Part shown: one piece after another, positions 25,931 to 34,946 of the stretch | How positions within the stretch are numbered: position 1 is the first letter of the stretch | Layout: the number at the start of each line of letters is the position of its first letter | Sequence record: OZ035752.1 | Length of the DNA stretch: 41,072 nucleotides | From: Kagunavirus LF7074P1 | Strand: one strand, 5' to 3' | The notes under the pieces: model-generated | What the model was told of the DNA's origin: nothing | Databases searched by the model: none | The model's input: the letters and a program-made list of their open reading frames with translations, nothing else | Position numbers and translations under genes: made by a program

Positions 25931-28169
25931 ATCGCTTCATCTCCGCACCTTCAGCTACAAGAGGGAACCCCTCCGCCCATTCCGGTAATTCGCACATCAA
26001 TCGTTCCAGTTCTGCTACATTATATTCCGGTGAATCTGGTGTCTCGCAGATAATCTCATCGTGTACGTGAAGTACAATCGGGTAGCCGTTTGCTTCTACG
26101 TTCAGCAGGGCATTAGCCAGCAAATCGCGGCACAGCGCCTGAGTGCAGTTTTCCACCAGTTTGCCTGAGTACGTGTACTGGAATCCCCACTGACGAGTTA
26201 ACTGGTTCTCCCCCTGATACTTGATGCGCACGTTAGTAGAAACTTTCCCGTCTTCGTCCGTCTCTTTCGATACGCTCAATCCGACGCCAGGGTAAGACAT
26301 TACGCGGCCTGACGGCAACGTCATACGCAACCACCAACCAGCGACTTTGTTGCCGTTGTTGTCTGTCTCCACGTTACGCGAAAACTTAACGCCGCGCGGC
26401 CCCGCGGTGAACTCTTTACCGGGATTGCGGATAGCCGCCATAGCTGCGTCTTCAATATCTCGCCAGAAAGCTACTGTTTCAGGATGAGACTCGCGCCACA
26501 TACGCTTGATAGCGTCGCAGGTACGCCACACTTTCTTGTCCAGAATATATGATGGTCGGTCATCTTTTTCACCGGGACGTGGTGGTCTCTTGGCTTCCTG
26601 AATACGCGCCCACTCATAACCCCGCGCGGTAGCGGCCCATATATGGCCTGGGAAAGTACCGTCCATTGTTTTAGCCATATCAACAAGGTTTAAGCCGAGG
26701 TTTTTAGCAAACTGAACGAAAGCACCGACACCACCTGCATAGCCGAGGCCCAATTCACATGCTTTACCAATCTGGCGCAGGTCACTACGGCTTTCGAGAA
26801 TGTAATCAGGGTCCATGCCAAACATCTTACCTGCAGTTACGCAGTAAATATCCAATCCCGCACGGAAGGTATCTAGCGCGGTTTCTTCTCCTGCCAGCCA
26901 TGCCAACCCGCGTCCTTCGACGTTAGAGTAATCGGCGACTACAAACTTATGTCCGGCTTCCGGTATGATGCAACTACGCACCGTCGACGCCGTTAGCTTG
27001 GCTACATCAAAACGGCGATGCGCACGACCTTTAAACAACAGGTCGATTCCGTAGGACAATGGGTGTGTTACTCTCCACCAGTCCTTCTCTGACATCCAGT
27101 CATAACGTACTTTCTTCTTTTTATTCTTCGGGTCGTCGTGATAGTACCCGCGCGCCAGGTTCTGCGGCTGGAAGCCTTTACCCGCAAACCGTAATGTACG
27201 CTTTGCCCCACCGTACTGGATGCAACCGCGGCGTCGGTCGTCCGACGAGCGACCTAACAGCAGCGGGTTATATTTCGTTGACGCGGTAGACGCGGCCCCG
27301 AGTCGCATCTCGATAATCGCGCTGGCGTCGTCCGGTAAATCGTCGTCAGCAAGCAGGTCGTTAAGCGTTGACTTCTGTGCGTTGTGAATACGGTGTGCCG
27401 GTGCGAGTTCACGCAGAATCGGAAGGAAGTCCTTTCCGGTAAGCGAGCCGCCGTATTTACGTTGGGCTTCTTCCTGTAACTGTGCTTTGTGCTTCTCCAC
27501 GGCTTCAATCGCGGCTTCCGCCAGTGCCACGTCAACCTTAAACCCGCGGTCATTTATTAACTGATCCAGTTCCAGTACCCGGTCCTCGAATTCAGAGTTA
27601 CCCCAACGCGGCAGCTTATAGAAGACTTCACGCATCGCAGTGATGTCGCTCACAGCGTACTTGATGAACAGAGCCCACTCGTCAGGGTGAGTTTCTGCGG
27701 TGTAGCGGCGGATTTTGTAGTTCTTTGGCGTCGGTTTAGAGAAACGCTTAATCAGCGCCTTGCCGCGTTTATCTTTCGCGTTGTCCGCGGATACACCCAG
27801 CACTTCGCACAACGCATCAAGTGAACCAGGCAGCGCGTGACGAAACGCCCAAATCATCGTATCAATGGTGTTGCTTACCGGAATATCAAAGCCCCAGCAG
27901 TGTTTCATGATGAGCCTGTCGAACATTGAGCCGTTATGCCACACCATCTTGATGCGACTGTTTGGCTTCACCAGACGGCGTAACGCGCGGTGCAAATCCC
28001 CCGGCATGTCGCTGCCGTCTGTGCAATCCCATACCCGCACAGGCTCGTCGTCAAAAGCATATGTACAAATAAGGACTTCGGTAGTTGGATGCTCAGCGTA
28101 AGCGTAGGAACCAACTTTCTTCAAATCGGCTTCGGAGAATGTTTCAAAGTCTAAGAACAGGTAACTCAT
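25920..28169 (-). CDS. family A DNA polymerase with 3'-5' exonuclease domain
   Basis: 749 aa; Exo I LDFETFS; motif A VADYSNVEGR; motif B RQIGKACELGLGYAGG; motif C VHDEII. Confidence 0.9.
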   Translation of the reverse strand: MSYLFLDFETFSEADLKKVGSYAYAEHPTTEVLICTYAFDDEPVRVWDCTDGSDMPGDLHRALRRLVKPNSRIKMVWHNGSMFDRLIMKHCWGFDIPVSNTIDTMIWAFRHALPGSLDALCEVLGVSADNAKDKRGKALIKRFSKPTPKNYKIRRYTAETHPDEWALFIKYAVSDITAMREVFYKLPRWGNSEFEDRVLELDQLINDRGFKVDVALAEAAIEAVEKHKAQLQEEAQRKYGGSLTGKDFLPILRELAPAHRIHNAQKSTLNDLLADDDLPDDASAIIEMRLGAASTASTKYNPLLLGRSSDDRRRGCIQYGGAKRTLRFAGKGFQPQNLARGYYHDDPKNKKKKVRYDWMSEKDWWRVTHPLSYGIDLLFKGRAHRRFDVAKLTASTVRSCIIPEAGHKFVVADYSNVEGRGLAWLAGEETALDTFRAGLDIYCVTAGKMFGMDPDYILESRSDLRQIGKACELGLGYAGGVGAFVQFAKNLGLNLVDMAKTMDGTFPGHIWAATARGYEWARIQEAKRPPRPGEKDDRPSYILDKKVWRTCDAIKRMWRESHPETVAFWRDIEDAAMAAIRNPGKEFTAGPRGVKFSRNVETDNNGNKVAGWWLRMTLPSGRVMSYPGVGLSVSKETDEDGKVSTNVRIKYQGENQLTRQWGFQYTYSGKLVENCTQALCRDLLANALLNVEANGYPIVLHVHDEIICETPDSPEYNVAELERLMCELPEWAEGFPLVAEGAEMKRYAK

Positions 28170-28189
28170 TATTTTCGACCCTTAGTAAA

Positions 28190-28208
28190 AAGGCCCAATG
28201 AAGGGCCT
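28190..28208 (-). terminator. terminator-like hairpin
   Basis: AAGGCCC-n6-GGGCCTT; on minus strand followed by TTTTT; between SSB-like and polymerase genes. Confidence 0.5.
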
Positions 28209-28228
28209 TAGTTAAATTGATTCAGATA

Positions 28229-28855
28229 TTATCGGCGACGACGTTCGCGGCGCGGTGCTTCATCCTCTTCATCGTCTTCAAGGTCATCGACGCTTGCGGC
28301 TACTTTAGAACCGCCAAACGCTTTACCTTCACCAACGTATTTAATAGCCAGCAGGTTAACGCCGAGGACTTTGTATTTCTGGCTGAACCAGATTTCAACG
28401 CTTACGTTAGCGACGCAGCCGCTGTAAACCTGTTCACCTTCAATCTGTTCGCCGTCTACGTTGAAGTCCTGCTCTACCTGAGTCTCACCTTTTTTAGAGG
28501 TTACAATCAGCGGCTGCTTCTGTGCCTTCGCTTTGAAGTAGAAGCCTTCTGGGAAGTCTTCAAACGGGTTATCACGCTCAGCAATGTCTTTAATCGCGCA
28601 TTTATCCATGTGCTTACCTTCGCCGTAGTTGGACTTCATCCATTTCTCGGCAGCAGCTGCGCCTAACGCTTCTTCAACTACAGCGTAAACAGTGTCGTAG
28701 AGTGCATCGATTTGAGCGTGGTCAGACGGCAGGATGATAGTCGCGCTGTACTGGCCTTTAGTGATTGAGCCATCATCGTTTTCACGGTCTTTTTCGCGTT
28801 CGAATACGTTAACCCATGCAGTGTTTACTTTACGCAGATTTAATTTCAGTCCCAC
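28229..28855 (-). CDS. ssDNA-binding protein (gp2.5/DUF2815-like, putative)
   Basis: 208 aa, GTG start; acidic C-terminal stretch DDLEDDEEDE; between Cas4-like exonuclease and polymerase. Confidence 0.5.
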   Translation of the reverse strand: MGLKLNLRKVNTAWVNVFEREKDRENDDGSITKGQYSATIILPSDHAQIDALYDTVYAVVEEALGAAAAEKWMKSNYGEGKHMDKCAIKDIAERDNPFEDFPEGFYFKAKAQKQPLIVTSKKGETQVEQDFNVDGEQIEGEQVYSGCVANVSVEIWFSQKYKVLGVNLLAIKYVGEGKAFGGSKVAASVDDLEDDEEDEAPRRERRRR

Positions 28856-28920
28856 AGTTCAGCCCTCATTAAGTTTAGATTTTCAGTTTACTCCGGGAAG
28901 CTGCCCGGCCAGTGATTAGA

Positions 28921-28949
28921 ACTATAATAGCTAACTATTCAGGTGTCAA
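28921..28949 (-). promoter_or_regulatory. sigma70-like promoter with palindromic operator
   Basis: minus-strand TTGACA-17 bp-TATAGT; operator AATAG-N4-CTATT at 28926-28939. Confidence 0.55.
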
Positions 28950-28953
28950 CACT

Positions 28954-30225
28954 TTATTCTAAATCGTCTTCACTTACCTGATTCCACTCAGGCCGTTTAT
29001 CATCTGCCGTTGCGACACATGGTGTGCCGTGGTTACGAGTTACGTGTTTCTCCAGCGCAGCCCATAGCTCTGAGCCCTTATGCTGCTTCTCAGCCTCGGT
29101 CGGGGACATTAGGACTTCTTTATGGAGCATTTCGACACCAAGCTCAAATCGAGACAGGGTGTCCATAAGCGCCTGCTTATCTTTCCACGCGCGATTTCCT
29201 GGGCGGCCCTCAACCAGCTTGTACCCCGGCACTTTCTTACCGGAATGCAATGCGGCGGTCATCGCTTTCTCAACCTTGTCGATGTGCTGGCGTAACAGCG
29301 GCAACTTCTCATACTCAACTACGAGTTGCTCCGTCGTCAGTTCCAGCGCAAAGTCGTCTTCCAGTTCTTCCGCCAGTACAGAATTAACCGTCTTTGTACG
29401 TGCGGCACACTGTTCAGAGAACCGGCACCACTGGCAACCATCGACCGACGGTTTAAAGTCCGACGCTTTCAGGTTCTTCTTTCCACGGAAATAAGCATCA
29501 AGCGCTAACAGTGCCCGTTTCTGTGCGAACTTAGCGAACAGTTCCAGACCTTCGACAGAGATGTCCCACTCTGACGCACCCCCTGCGTACGGCTGGAAGA
29601 TGACCAGGCGCACTACTGTGATGTTATAACGTCTCTTGAGTCGGCGATAAACACCGAGAGCGTAAAGCATAAGCTGTTTGTTTTCTTTCGCTTCGACACG
29701 ATGTCGTCCTGTTTTCAGGTCGCCAATAATGAGCATGTGCTCGTCGGTGTTCGCCAGTTCCTGAACGGCAACAATGTCGGCGGTTCCGAATGTCTCAACG
29801 CCTTCGTAGCCTGGATGCAATACCTCAGTAAGATTGACACGCATCTCGAGTTTGGCGTAAGTCGCCACGTCTATAATCGCCTTGCAGTAGTCGGTATACT
29901 TGCGCACCTGCTCAATCATGTCAGCCGTGATTAGTACAGCGCCTTTCATCGGACTAATTAGCGCCTTAATCTGGCCTTTACCCTCGTCCAGCACGTAAGC
30001 ACCGACTTCACGCTCTAACGGCAGCGCAGTGCCTTTGATGTACTGGTTAAGGTGCATCTCAGCTATGGTGTGGCACGCAGTACCTGTAACGGCGGCTTTA
30101 CCAGACGTGTTGGGAATATCTTTTTCACAGGCCAGTGACGCGGCGCAGCTTAGCCACTTTTTAGCGCCTGATGGTGACAGTAAGGCGTGCACATCATTAT
30201 TGCCGCCACGTTCTTTTAGAATCAT
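28954..30225 (-). CDS. PD-(D/E)xK exonuclease with C-terminal Cys cluster (DUF2800/Cas4-like)
   Basis: 423 aa; IGDLKTG; C-terminal CQWCRFSEQC. Confidence 0.65.
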   Translation of the reverse strand: MILKERGGNNDVHALLSPSGAKKWLSCAASLACEKDIPNTSGKAAVTGTACHTIAEMHLNQYIKGTALPLEREVGAYVLDEGKGQIKALISPMKGAVLITADMIEQVRKYTDYCKAIIDVATYAKLEMRVNLTEVLHPGYEGVETFGTADIVAVQELANTDEHMLIIGDLKTGRHRVEAKENKQLMLYALGVYRRLKRRYNITVVRLVIFQPYAGGASEWDISVEGLELFAKFAQKRALLALDAYFRGKKNLKASDFKPSVDGCQWCRFSEQCAARTKTVNSVLAEELEDDFALELTTEQLVVEYEKLPLLRQHIDKVEKAMTAALHSGKKVPGYKLVEGRPGNRAWKDKQALMDTLSRFELGVEMLHKEVLMSPTEAEKQHKGSELWAALEKHVTRNHGTPCVATADDKRPEWNQVSEDDLE

Positions 30226-30584
30226 CCTAAACTCTCCAAATACAAGTTTAATGCCTGTAGCTGTTCTTCTGTGGGGATGAAAGAATCATCGCGGTGTAAG
30301 TCGCTTAACTGTTGCAACATTCCTGCGAACTGACGTCTTGCGTCAACAGCGACCATGTGATGCTTTTCACTTTTGTATATTAATGTTTTCGGGTAATCCT
30401 CAAGCCTGCCAGACGATTTATTCACGCGGAGCGCGCGAGCTTCGTGCGCAATGTGGATGTACTTTTTGCCGTTTTGTAGCACAGTAGCTACACCGCTGTT
30501 CTTTCTGCGGTCACCGACGGTGTAAACTTTGTCGCCGCTGCGCAAATTAAGCCACCATTTATCAGTCATACCCTGTTCTCCCAC
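30222..30584 (-). CDS. hypothetical protein (120 aa)
   Basis: ORF with start/stop overlaps in early operon. Confidence 0.5.
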   Translation of the reverse strand: MGEQGMTDKWWLNLRSGDKVYTVGDRRKNSGVATVLQNGKKYIHIAHEARALRVNKSSGRLEDYPKTLIYKSEKHHMVAVDARRQFAGMLQQLSDLHRDDSFIPTEEQLQALNLYLESLG

Positions 30585-30838
30585 TGATCAATTAAATGTC
30601 GTGTCTTATGGTCGCAGTGCATAGCCCAGCTGTACATCGGCTCAAAGACATAAAAGTCAGGCTTGGCGAATGTCGTGCGCTTAATCTGCGACACGTGACG
30701 GCCTATATCTTTAGACAGCGGTACTTTGCCTAAGTACGCCATCTCTTCCATCTGGTGTGCACCGGACGGCGCACGCAATAACCATAGCGCCTCTGTGGTA
30801 TCCCGCCGGTCAACGGCGCGGTATAGTTGGTAAATCAT
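30566..30838 (-). CDS. hypothetical protein (90 aa)
   Basis: RBS GAGGG; overlaps downstream ORF. Confidence 0.5.
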   Translation of the reverse strand: MIYQLYRAVDRRDTTEALWLLRAPSGAHQMEEMAYLGKVPLSKDIGRHVSQIKRTTFAKPDFYVFEPMYSWAMHCDHKTRHLIDQWENRV

Positions 30839-30858
30839 AATCCCGACCCTCAGTTAAA

Positions 30859-30874
30859 GCGGCCCGAAGGCCGC
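30859..30874 (-). other. intergenic stem-loop
   Basis: GCGGCC-CGAA-GGCCGC between first and second genes of leftward operon; weak U-tract on minus strand. Confidence 0.4.
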
Positions 30875-30881
30875 GGGATAG

Positions 30882-31391
30882 TTATTCTTCTTCGAAATAC
30901 TTGTTCTTGATTGCTGTCAGGCGCTCCAGATACTCAGCCAGGTCTTCGTCTTTAATCGCTGCAATCTTCATCTTCTTACCGGTAAACTCTTCCAGCAGTT
31001 CGTCAGAATCGTCGCACGCGGCATCGCTTGGGCCTTCGTTAATCGCATCGTCGATAGCCTGAATCTGGTCGCGCAGAGACTGGTAATCGACTTCTTCTTT
31101 CTCTTCTTCCGGCTCTGGCGTTGGCTCCTCTACTTTAGCTTTACGCGGCTTGCGTTTCGGCTTCTCTTCTTCCGCAGGTTTAGTGTCAACGAGGTCCTCG
31201 CCTTCGACCGGGATTTCTTTCCCGACGCCAGTGCCTGGGTCGACTTCAAGCACCTCTCCGGTAACCGATACATCTACAAGCATTTCACCTACACACTCAG
31301 TTGACGGCATCGGTCGTTTCGCGCTGTTCGCAGCAATCAGTTCATGCGCAACTACGAAACGTTCCAGTAATACTAAGAATTTCTCTAACAT
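30882..31391 (-). CDS. acidic early protein (hypothetical)
   Basis: 169 aa; Glu/Asp-rich C-terminal half; first gene after promoter 31423-31451; leader contains AAACGAGAGGAG. Confidence 0.6.
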   Translation of the reverse strand: MLEKFLVLLERFVVAHELIAANSAKRPMPSTECVGEMLVDVSVTGEVLEVDPGTGVGKEIPVEGEDLVDTKPAEEEKPKRKPRKAKVEEPTPEPEEEKEEVDYQSLRDQIQAIDDAINEGPSDAACDDSDELLEEFTGKKMKIAAIKDEDLAEYLERLTAIKNKYFEEE

Positions 31392-31422
31392 TATTTATTC
31401 TCCTCTCGTTTGGTATGGGCTA

Positions 31423-31451
31423 ACTATAATAGCGAACTATTCACTTGTCAA
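31423..31451 (-). promoter_or_regulatory. sigma70-like promoter with palindromic operator
   Basis: minus-strand TTGACA-17 bp-TATAGT; operator AATAG-N4-CTATT at 31428-31441. Confidence 0.55.
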
Positions 31452-31470
31452 TGGGCTTTTCTAAAATAAT

Positions 31471-31484
31471 TAATATGGTACTAT
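31471..31484 (+). promoter_or_regulatory. extended -10 promoter-like element
   Basis: TGgTACTAT with operator-like AATAT-N4-CTATT; about 30 nt upstream of HTH gene. Confidence 0.35.
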
Positions 31485-31515
31485 TCACATATCAACTGAC
31501 TAAGGAGTAATTGAC

Positions 31516-31731
31516 ATGCAACCATCTGAACTAGGCATCCGTGTAGAGCAACGCCGTAAAGAACTCGGTATCTCCCAGCGCCATCTGGCTGTCCTGGCCG
31601 GTGTTTCCCAAGGCGCGATTAACCAGCTGGCACTTGGAGTAACTCAGGACGTCCGCCCGGCGACGCTGTTTAAACTGGCGGAAGTGCTGGAAGTAGACGC
31701 CAAGTGGCTGGCGTTCGGTGAAGGGGCTTAA
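31516..31731 (+). CDS. XRE-family HTH transcriptional regulator (Cro/CI-like)
   Basis: 71 aa; RBS AAGGAG 8 nt upstream; HTH ELGISQRHLAVLAGVSQGAINQ. Confidence 0.75.
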   Translation: MQPSELGIRVEQRRKELGISQRHLAVLAGVSQGAINQLALGVTQDVRPATLFKLAEVLEVDAKWLAFGEGA

Positions 31732-31745
31732 CGCCCCTTTCTTTT
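31721..31745 (+). terminator. intrinsic terminator
   Basis: AAGGGGC-TTAAC-GCCCCTT followed by TCTTTTT; overlaps stop codon of HTH gene. Confidence 0.6.
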
Positions 31746-31748
31746 TAC

Positions 31749-33956
31749 CTATTCCAAATCCTCTTCTGTCACCACCAGCATTTCATTCGGTTCGTATATT
31801 GTCTTCGGTCTTAGTCTATCCCCTATTCTTTCAGGTATACGATACGTTCTCGGTACTACTTCGCCATTAGCATCACAGCCTAGCATTAGTTCACCATCTT
31901 TCAGCATTTTATCAAGATGGGTGTTAGTCACAGAAAAGTCACCGGAACGGGCCACTATCTGCTGCTGAGTAAAACCGCGACCTGTGTCATCTGACTGTTG
32001 CAGGTCTTCCAGTGCCGAAAGTATCGACTCCTTCCTTACTTCATCCCTGCCGCGTTTAACTTCTTCCTTTACTTTTTGTTTACCTTCGTTAGTTAACCCT
32101 TCTTCCCGCTCTTTCTCCTCGTCAGTTTTGAACGGCTCGAAGCCCCACGGCATCAGAACAAGCGCCTTGTGTGGTTCCGGCAGGTCGAGGTTTACGATTG
32201 TGCCGTATTCCTCTGTGCTGCCCAAGAACTCAACAGCACGGTACTCTTTCGGCGGTGGTGCTTCACGGAACTGTACAGACTCAAGTACCATGCCAACCGT
32301 TTTCTGTTGAGGCCCGTGCTTAAATTTCGAGTGGTATACGTTTATCTGACGGTCGGTTGCACGTTCTATTGTCAGTTCCACATCGACACCCGCATACAGC
32401 GCCCCGCTGCCACGGGCTTTCTTTCCGCCCTTCGGTGTATGGTGGACGACGCCCACCGCGGCTTTAGTTGCGTCACGTACTTCTTTAAGGATGGCGATAA
32501 CTTTACCCATGCCGATTGCCGTTGATGAACTGTTCTCGTCGAACTTATCAATCGTCATGGCCAGTGTCTGGTTAAGGGTGTCGAACGCAACCATCCCAAT
32601 TGGCTCGTCACCCGCAGTTTCTCGCATTAGCTTAATCAGGCTTTTCAGTTTGCCAACTTCGCCCATATCGATGACATGTACATAATCTTTACCTTCCTCG
32701 CCGTATTTAGCCGCGAGTGCATCAATACGGGTGCGTGTGGCAGCACCGCCCTCACCGTCAATATAGAAATGGTGGCAACGCTGTGTATCAGCGCCTGCAA
32801 ACCGGTACCCGGCGGCGCTCAGGTACATCATACCCAGCGTATAGAATGATTTATATGTGCCGGATTCCCCGACGATGTCCCAGATGCAATCCGACGGCAT
32901 GTACCCTTCAACGACGAAATCAGCCTTTACCGGTTCAGGTAACTCGTCATCGTCTTCAAGGTCTTCCAGTGTACAAGTTACAGGCTCCTCGTTCTCTGTG
33001 CGGTGCAGTTCTTCAATCTCTTCATCCGGTAAATCAGGCAGAGCCGCACGAATGCTGTTAATACTGATAGGTTGCTTGTCTACGTTAAGCTCGTCCGGAA
33101 GGCCGCACATACGCAGGGCCAAATGTTGTCGGCGGTTAAGCTCAGTGCAAGCACCGTTGTTTGTGTGCTGGCACACGAAGCGCACTTCTTTACCGTCGAG
33201 CATGATGCTGGTGGAGCCTTTGCCGGTGTGCAGGTGTTCGTTAGGGCAAGGCACTTCGTACCCGCGACCGGAAGATAAAGCGTCAAGGCCAAGCTCCGCT
33301 TCGCAGAAATGCGCTATATCCGCGTTAAGCCCATGCTCATCGGCAGCAAGGGTCTTAGCTTCACGCTTACGCAACCCCATTTCTTCGGCTTTCTTGATGT
33401 ACCGCTCGGCACGGATAACACGCCCTTCTGTAACCGTTATCTTCGACTCTTTATGCGGCAGGTAGATAAGGCGGTTGCCATCTTCTGTGCAGTGGTCGCG
33501 CAATGCTTCGTCTATTTCTAACTCAGCACAAATAGCACGTTGCACCATCCACGCGTCGTTAGAGTTAAACGGCGTGCGGGCCGGTACAAGAACGCGGAAA
33601 GCGTAGTCACCGTTTTTACACGCGTGCTGGTGCGACGCCGTTGTGTGCAGAATATTGAAGAACGGCGCGTTCTTGAATTTGCGGGTGAGGTCGCGGTACT
33701 GGGTACGGTTTAGATGGTCGAAATCGAACTTAACCACACTGTCTTCCAGAATCGCGTTCTTACGGCGACCGCCAACCGGCGCAATAGCTTTCTGCTTAAT
33801 CTTGGCCGCGTCGTACTCTTCCTTAGTCCATGACGGGTCTACGGACAGACGCTTCGATGTATCGCAGACATACTCTACAAACTGCTCCAGTGGCATTTCA
33901 CGGGCTACCGGGTTTTTATCGAAAGTGTTACGCAGCGTTGCAAAAACAATATTCAT
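31749..33956 (-). CDS. primase-polymerase / helicase (AEP-like N-terminus, Cys cluster, P-loop ATPase)
   Basis: 735 aa; VVKFDFDH (hhhDxD-like); CPNEH..C..H..C cluster; Walker A GESGTYKS. Confidence 0.65.
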   Translation of the reverse strand: MNIVFATLRNTFDKNPVAREMPLEQFVEYVCDTSKRLSVDPSWTKEEYDAAKIKQKAIAPVGGRRKNAILEDSVVKFDFDHLNRTQYRDLTRKFKNAPFFNILHTTASHQHACKNGDYAFRVLVPARTPFNSNDAWMVQRAICAELEIDEALRDHCTEDGNRLIYLPHKESKITVTEGRVIRAERYIKKAEEMGLRKREAKTLAADEHGLNADIAHFCEAELGLDALSSGRGYEVPCPNEHLHTGKGSTSIMLDGKEVRFVCQHTNNGACTELNRRQHLALRMCGLPDELNVDKQPISINSIRAALPDLPDEEIEELHRTENEEPVTCTLEDLEDDDELPEPVKADFVVEGYMPSDCIWDIVGESGTYKSFYTLGMMYLSAAGYRFAGADTQRCHHFYIDGEGGAATRTRIDALAAKYGEEGKDYVHVIDMGEVGKLKSLIKLMRETAGDEPIGMVAFDTLNQTLAMTIDKFDENSSSTAIGMGKVIAILKEVRDATKAAVGVVHHTPKGGKKARGSGALYAGVDVELTIERATDRQINVYHSKFKHGPQQKTVGMVLESVQFREAPPPKEYRAVEFLGSTEEYGTIVNLDLPEPHKALVLMPWGFEPFKTDEEKEREEGLTNEGKQKVKEEVKRGRDEVRKESILSALEDLQQSDDTGRGFTQQQIVARSGDFSVTNTHLDKMLKDGELMLGCDANGEVVPRTYRIPERIGDRLRPKTIYEPNEMLVVTEEDLE

Positions 33957-34081
33957 TTCTTTTTCTCCGCGCGTTCTAAGGCTTCCTGCATACGACGCAT
34001 TGCGCGGTTCATCTTTACCGGTGCGAAGAAATCAGCGCCGTGTTTCTGGCGGCGCAACTGTGGAACTATTAACTTCGTCAT
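33953..34081 (-). CDS. hypothetical small basic protein (42 aa)
   Basis: not in ORF track; RBS AAGGA; stop overlaps primase start (ATGA). Confidence 0.35.
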   Translation of the reverse strand: MTKLIVPQLRRQKHGADFFAPVKMNRAMRRMQEALERAEKKK

Positions 34082-34150
34082 TGTATAATCCTTGTGCTTA
34101 CTTTGATGATTTGTGCTTCGGCCCCGACGTTCTAGCGTTGGGGTTTCTTT

Positions 34151-34441
34151 TTACCGTTTAGCCAACTCTTCCAGCAAATTTTTATACTCTTCAAAATATT
34201 CCTCGACCAAATCATCGCCGAAATAGAAGTCGATATACTCGAGATTATCTCTTACGTTAAGCGACGCAGACATGGTGCTTAGTTGGCGTAAGCTAATTAG
34301 CTTCATTTCTGTTTCTACACAGAAAGGCCGGTAGGTATCGAGGTGGCAAGAGATGTTGAAGCATAAAGCGAACTCTCCCGCCACGGAGTGAACCATATAC
34401 ACTTCGTTTTCTGCTTTATTGTGGAAAATTACACCTTTCAT
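34151..34441 (-). CDS. hypothetical protein (96 aa)
   Basis: ORF with ATGA overlap to upstream HTH gene. Confidence 0.5.
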   Translation of the reverse strand: MKGVIFHNKAENEVYMVHSVAGEFALCFNISCHLDTYRPFCVETEMKLISLRQLSTMSASLNVRDNLEYIDFYFGDDLVEEYFEEYKNLLEELAKR

Positions 34442-34620
34442 TTCACATTCTCCTTAATCCATTCTTCAACTTTATTACGGTCAAATGTACCTGGTAAACG
34501 GCGACCCATAACCTTAATACAACAATCAGGGAATTTACCACTGCGCAACCAGTTATTAATTGTCTGACGTGTTACCCCAATACGCTCGGCTACTTCATTC
34601 TGGGTCATGTAATGTTGCAT
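34438..34620 (-). CDS. small HTH DNA-binding protein (Cro/excisionase-like)
   Basis: 60 aa from ATG 34620 (RBS AGGAG 8 nt upstream); HTH VAERIGVTRQTINNWL; ORF-track start 34734 lacks RBS and would overlap promoters. Confidence 0.55.
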   Translation of the reverse strand: MQHYMTQNEVAERIGVTRQTINNWLRSGKFPDCCIKVMGRRLPGTFDRNKVEEWIKENVK

Positions 34621-34651
34621 TTTTATATCTCCTGTTTGTTTGGTGAAGCTG

Positions 34652-34680
34652 AGTATAGGATAGCGGGAATGTAAAAGCAA
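34652..34680 (-). promoter_or_regulatory. sigma70-like promoter (leftward early operon)
   Basis: minus-strand TTGCTT-17 bp-TATACT, about 30 nt upstream of HTH gene. Confidence 0.45.
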
Positions 34681-34717
34681 CCAATCCCTGCAATATTTAA
34701 TCTTTACAAAAAAGTTA

Positions 34718-34747
34718 TTGAAAGTTCTTGACACATGTTTGTATAAT
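34718..34747 (+). promoter_or_regulatory. sigma70-like promoter (rightward)
   Basis: TTGAAA-18 bp-TATAAT; divergent from 34652-34680. Confidence 0.55.
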
Positions 34748-34774
34748 GGTTTTGGGACTTGTATATATTACGGA

Positions 34775-34806
34775 GTTGACGAACCCTCCCTGAGGGATTC
34801 GTCAAC
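34775..34806 (+). other. long hairpin / inverted repeat in leader
   Basis: GTTGACGAA-CCCTC-cct-GAGGG-a-TTCGTCAAC, 14 bp stem with one bulge, about 20 nt after predicted start site. Confidence 0.6.
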
Positions 34807-34946
34807 CCCTCCCAGACAGCTGAGATGCTTGTTTTAGGGTTTAAGGATAAGTGTATCTAAATCTCATTTAAAGAAGTAACCCACTGAAATATCTACTGTT
34901 TCTTAATGTGCCGTAGATTCGCAACCGTAAAAATGTAACGATTATT

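Noticed and set aside
28217-29494. Plus-strand ORFs 28217-28666 and 29024-29494
   Set aside because: Antisense to the SSB-like and Cas4-like exonuclease genes.
32169-34161. Plus-strand ORFs 32169-32525, 32857-33465, 33643-34161
   Set aside because: Antisense within the primase-helicase and neighbouring minus-strand genes; no RBS or promoter context.
34728-34747. TTGACA at 34728-34733 as -35 of the rightward promoter
   Set aside because: Only 8 bp from the TATAAT box; TTGAAA at 34718-34723 with 18-bp spacer is the plausible -35.
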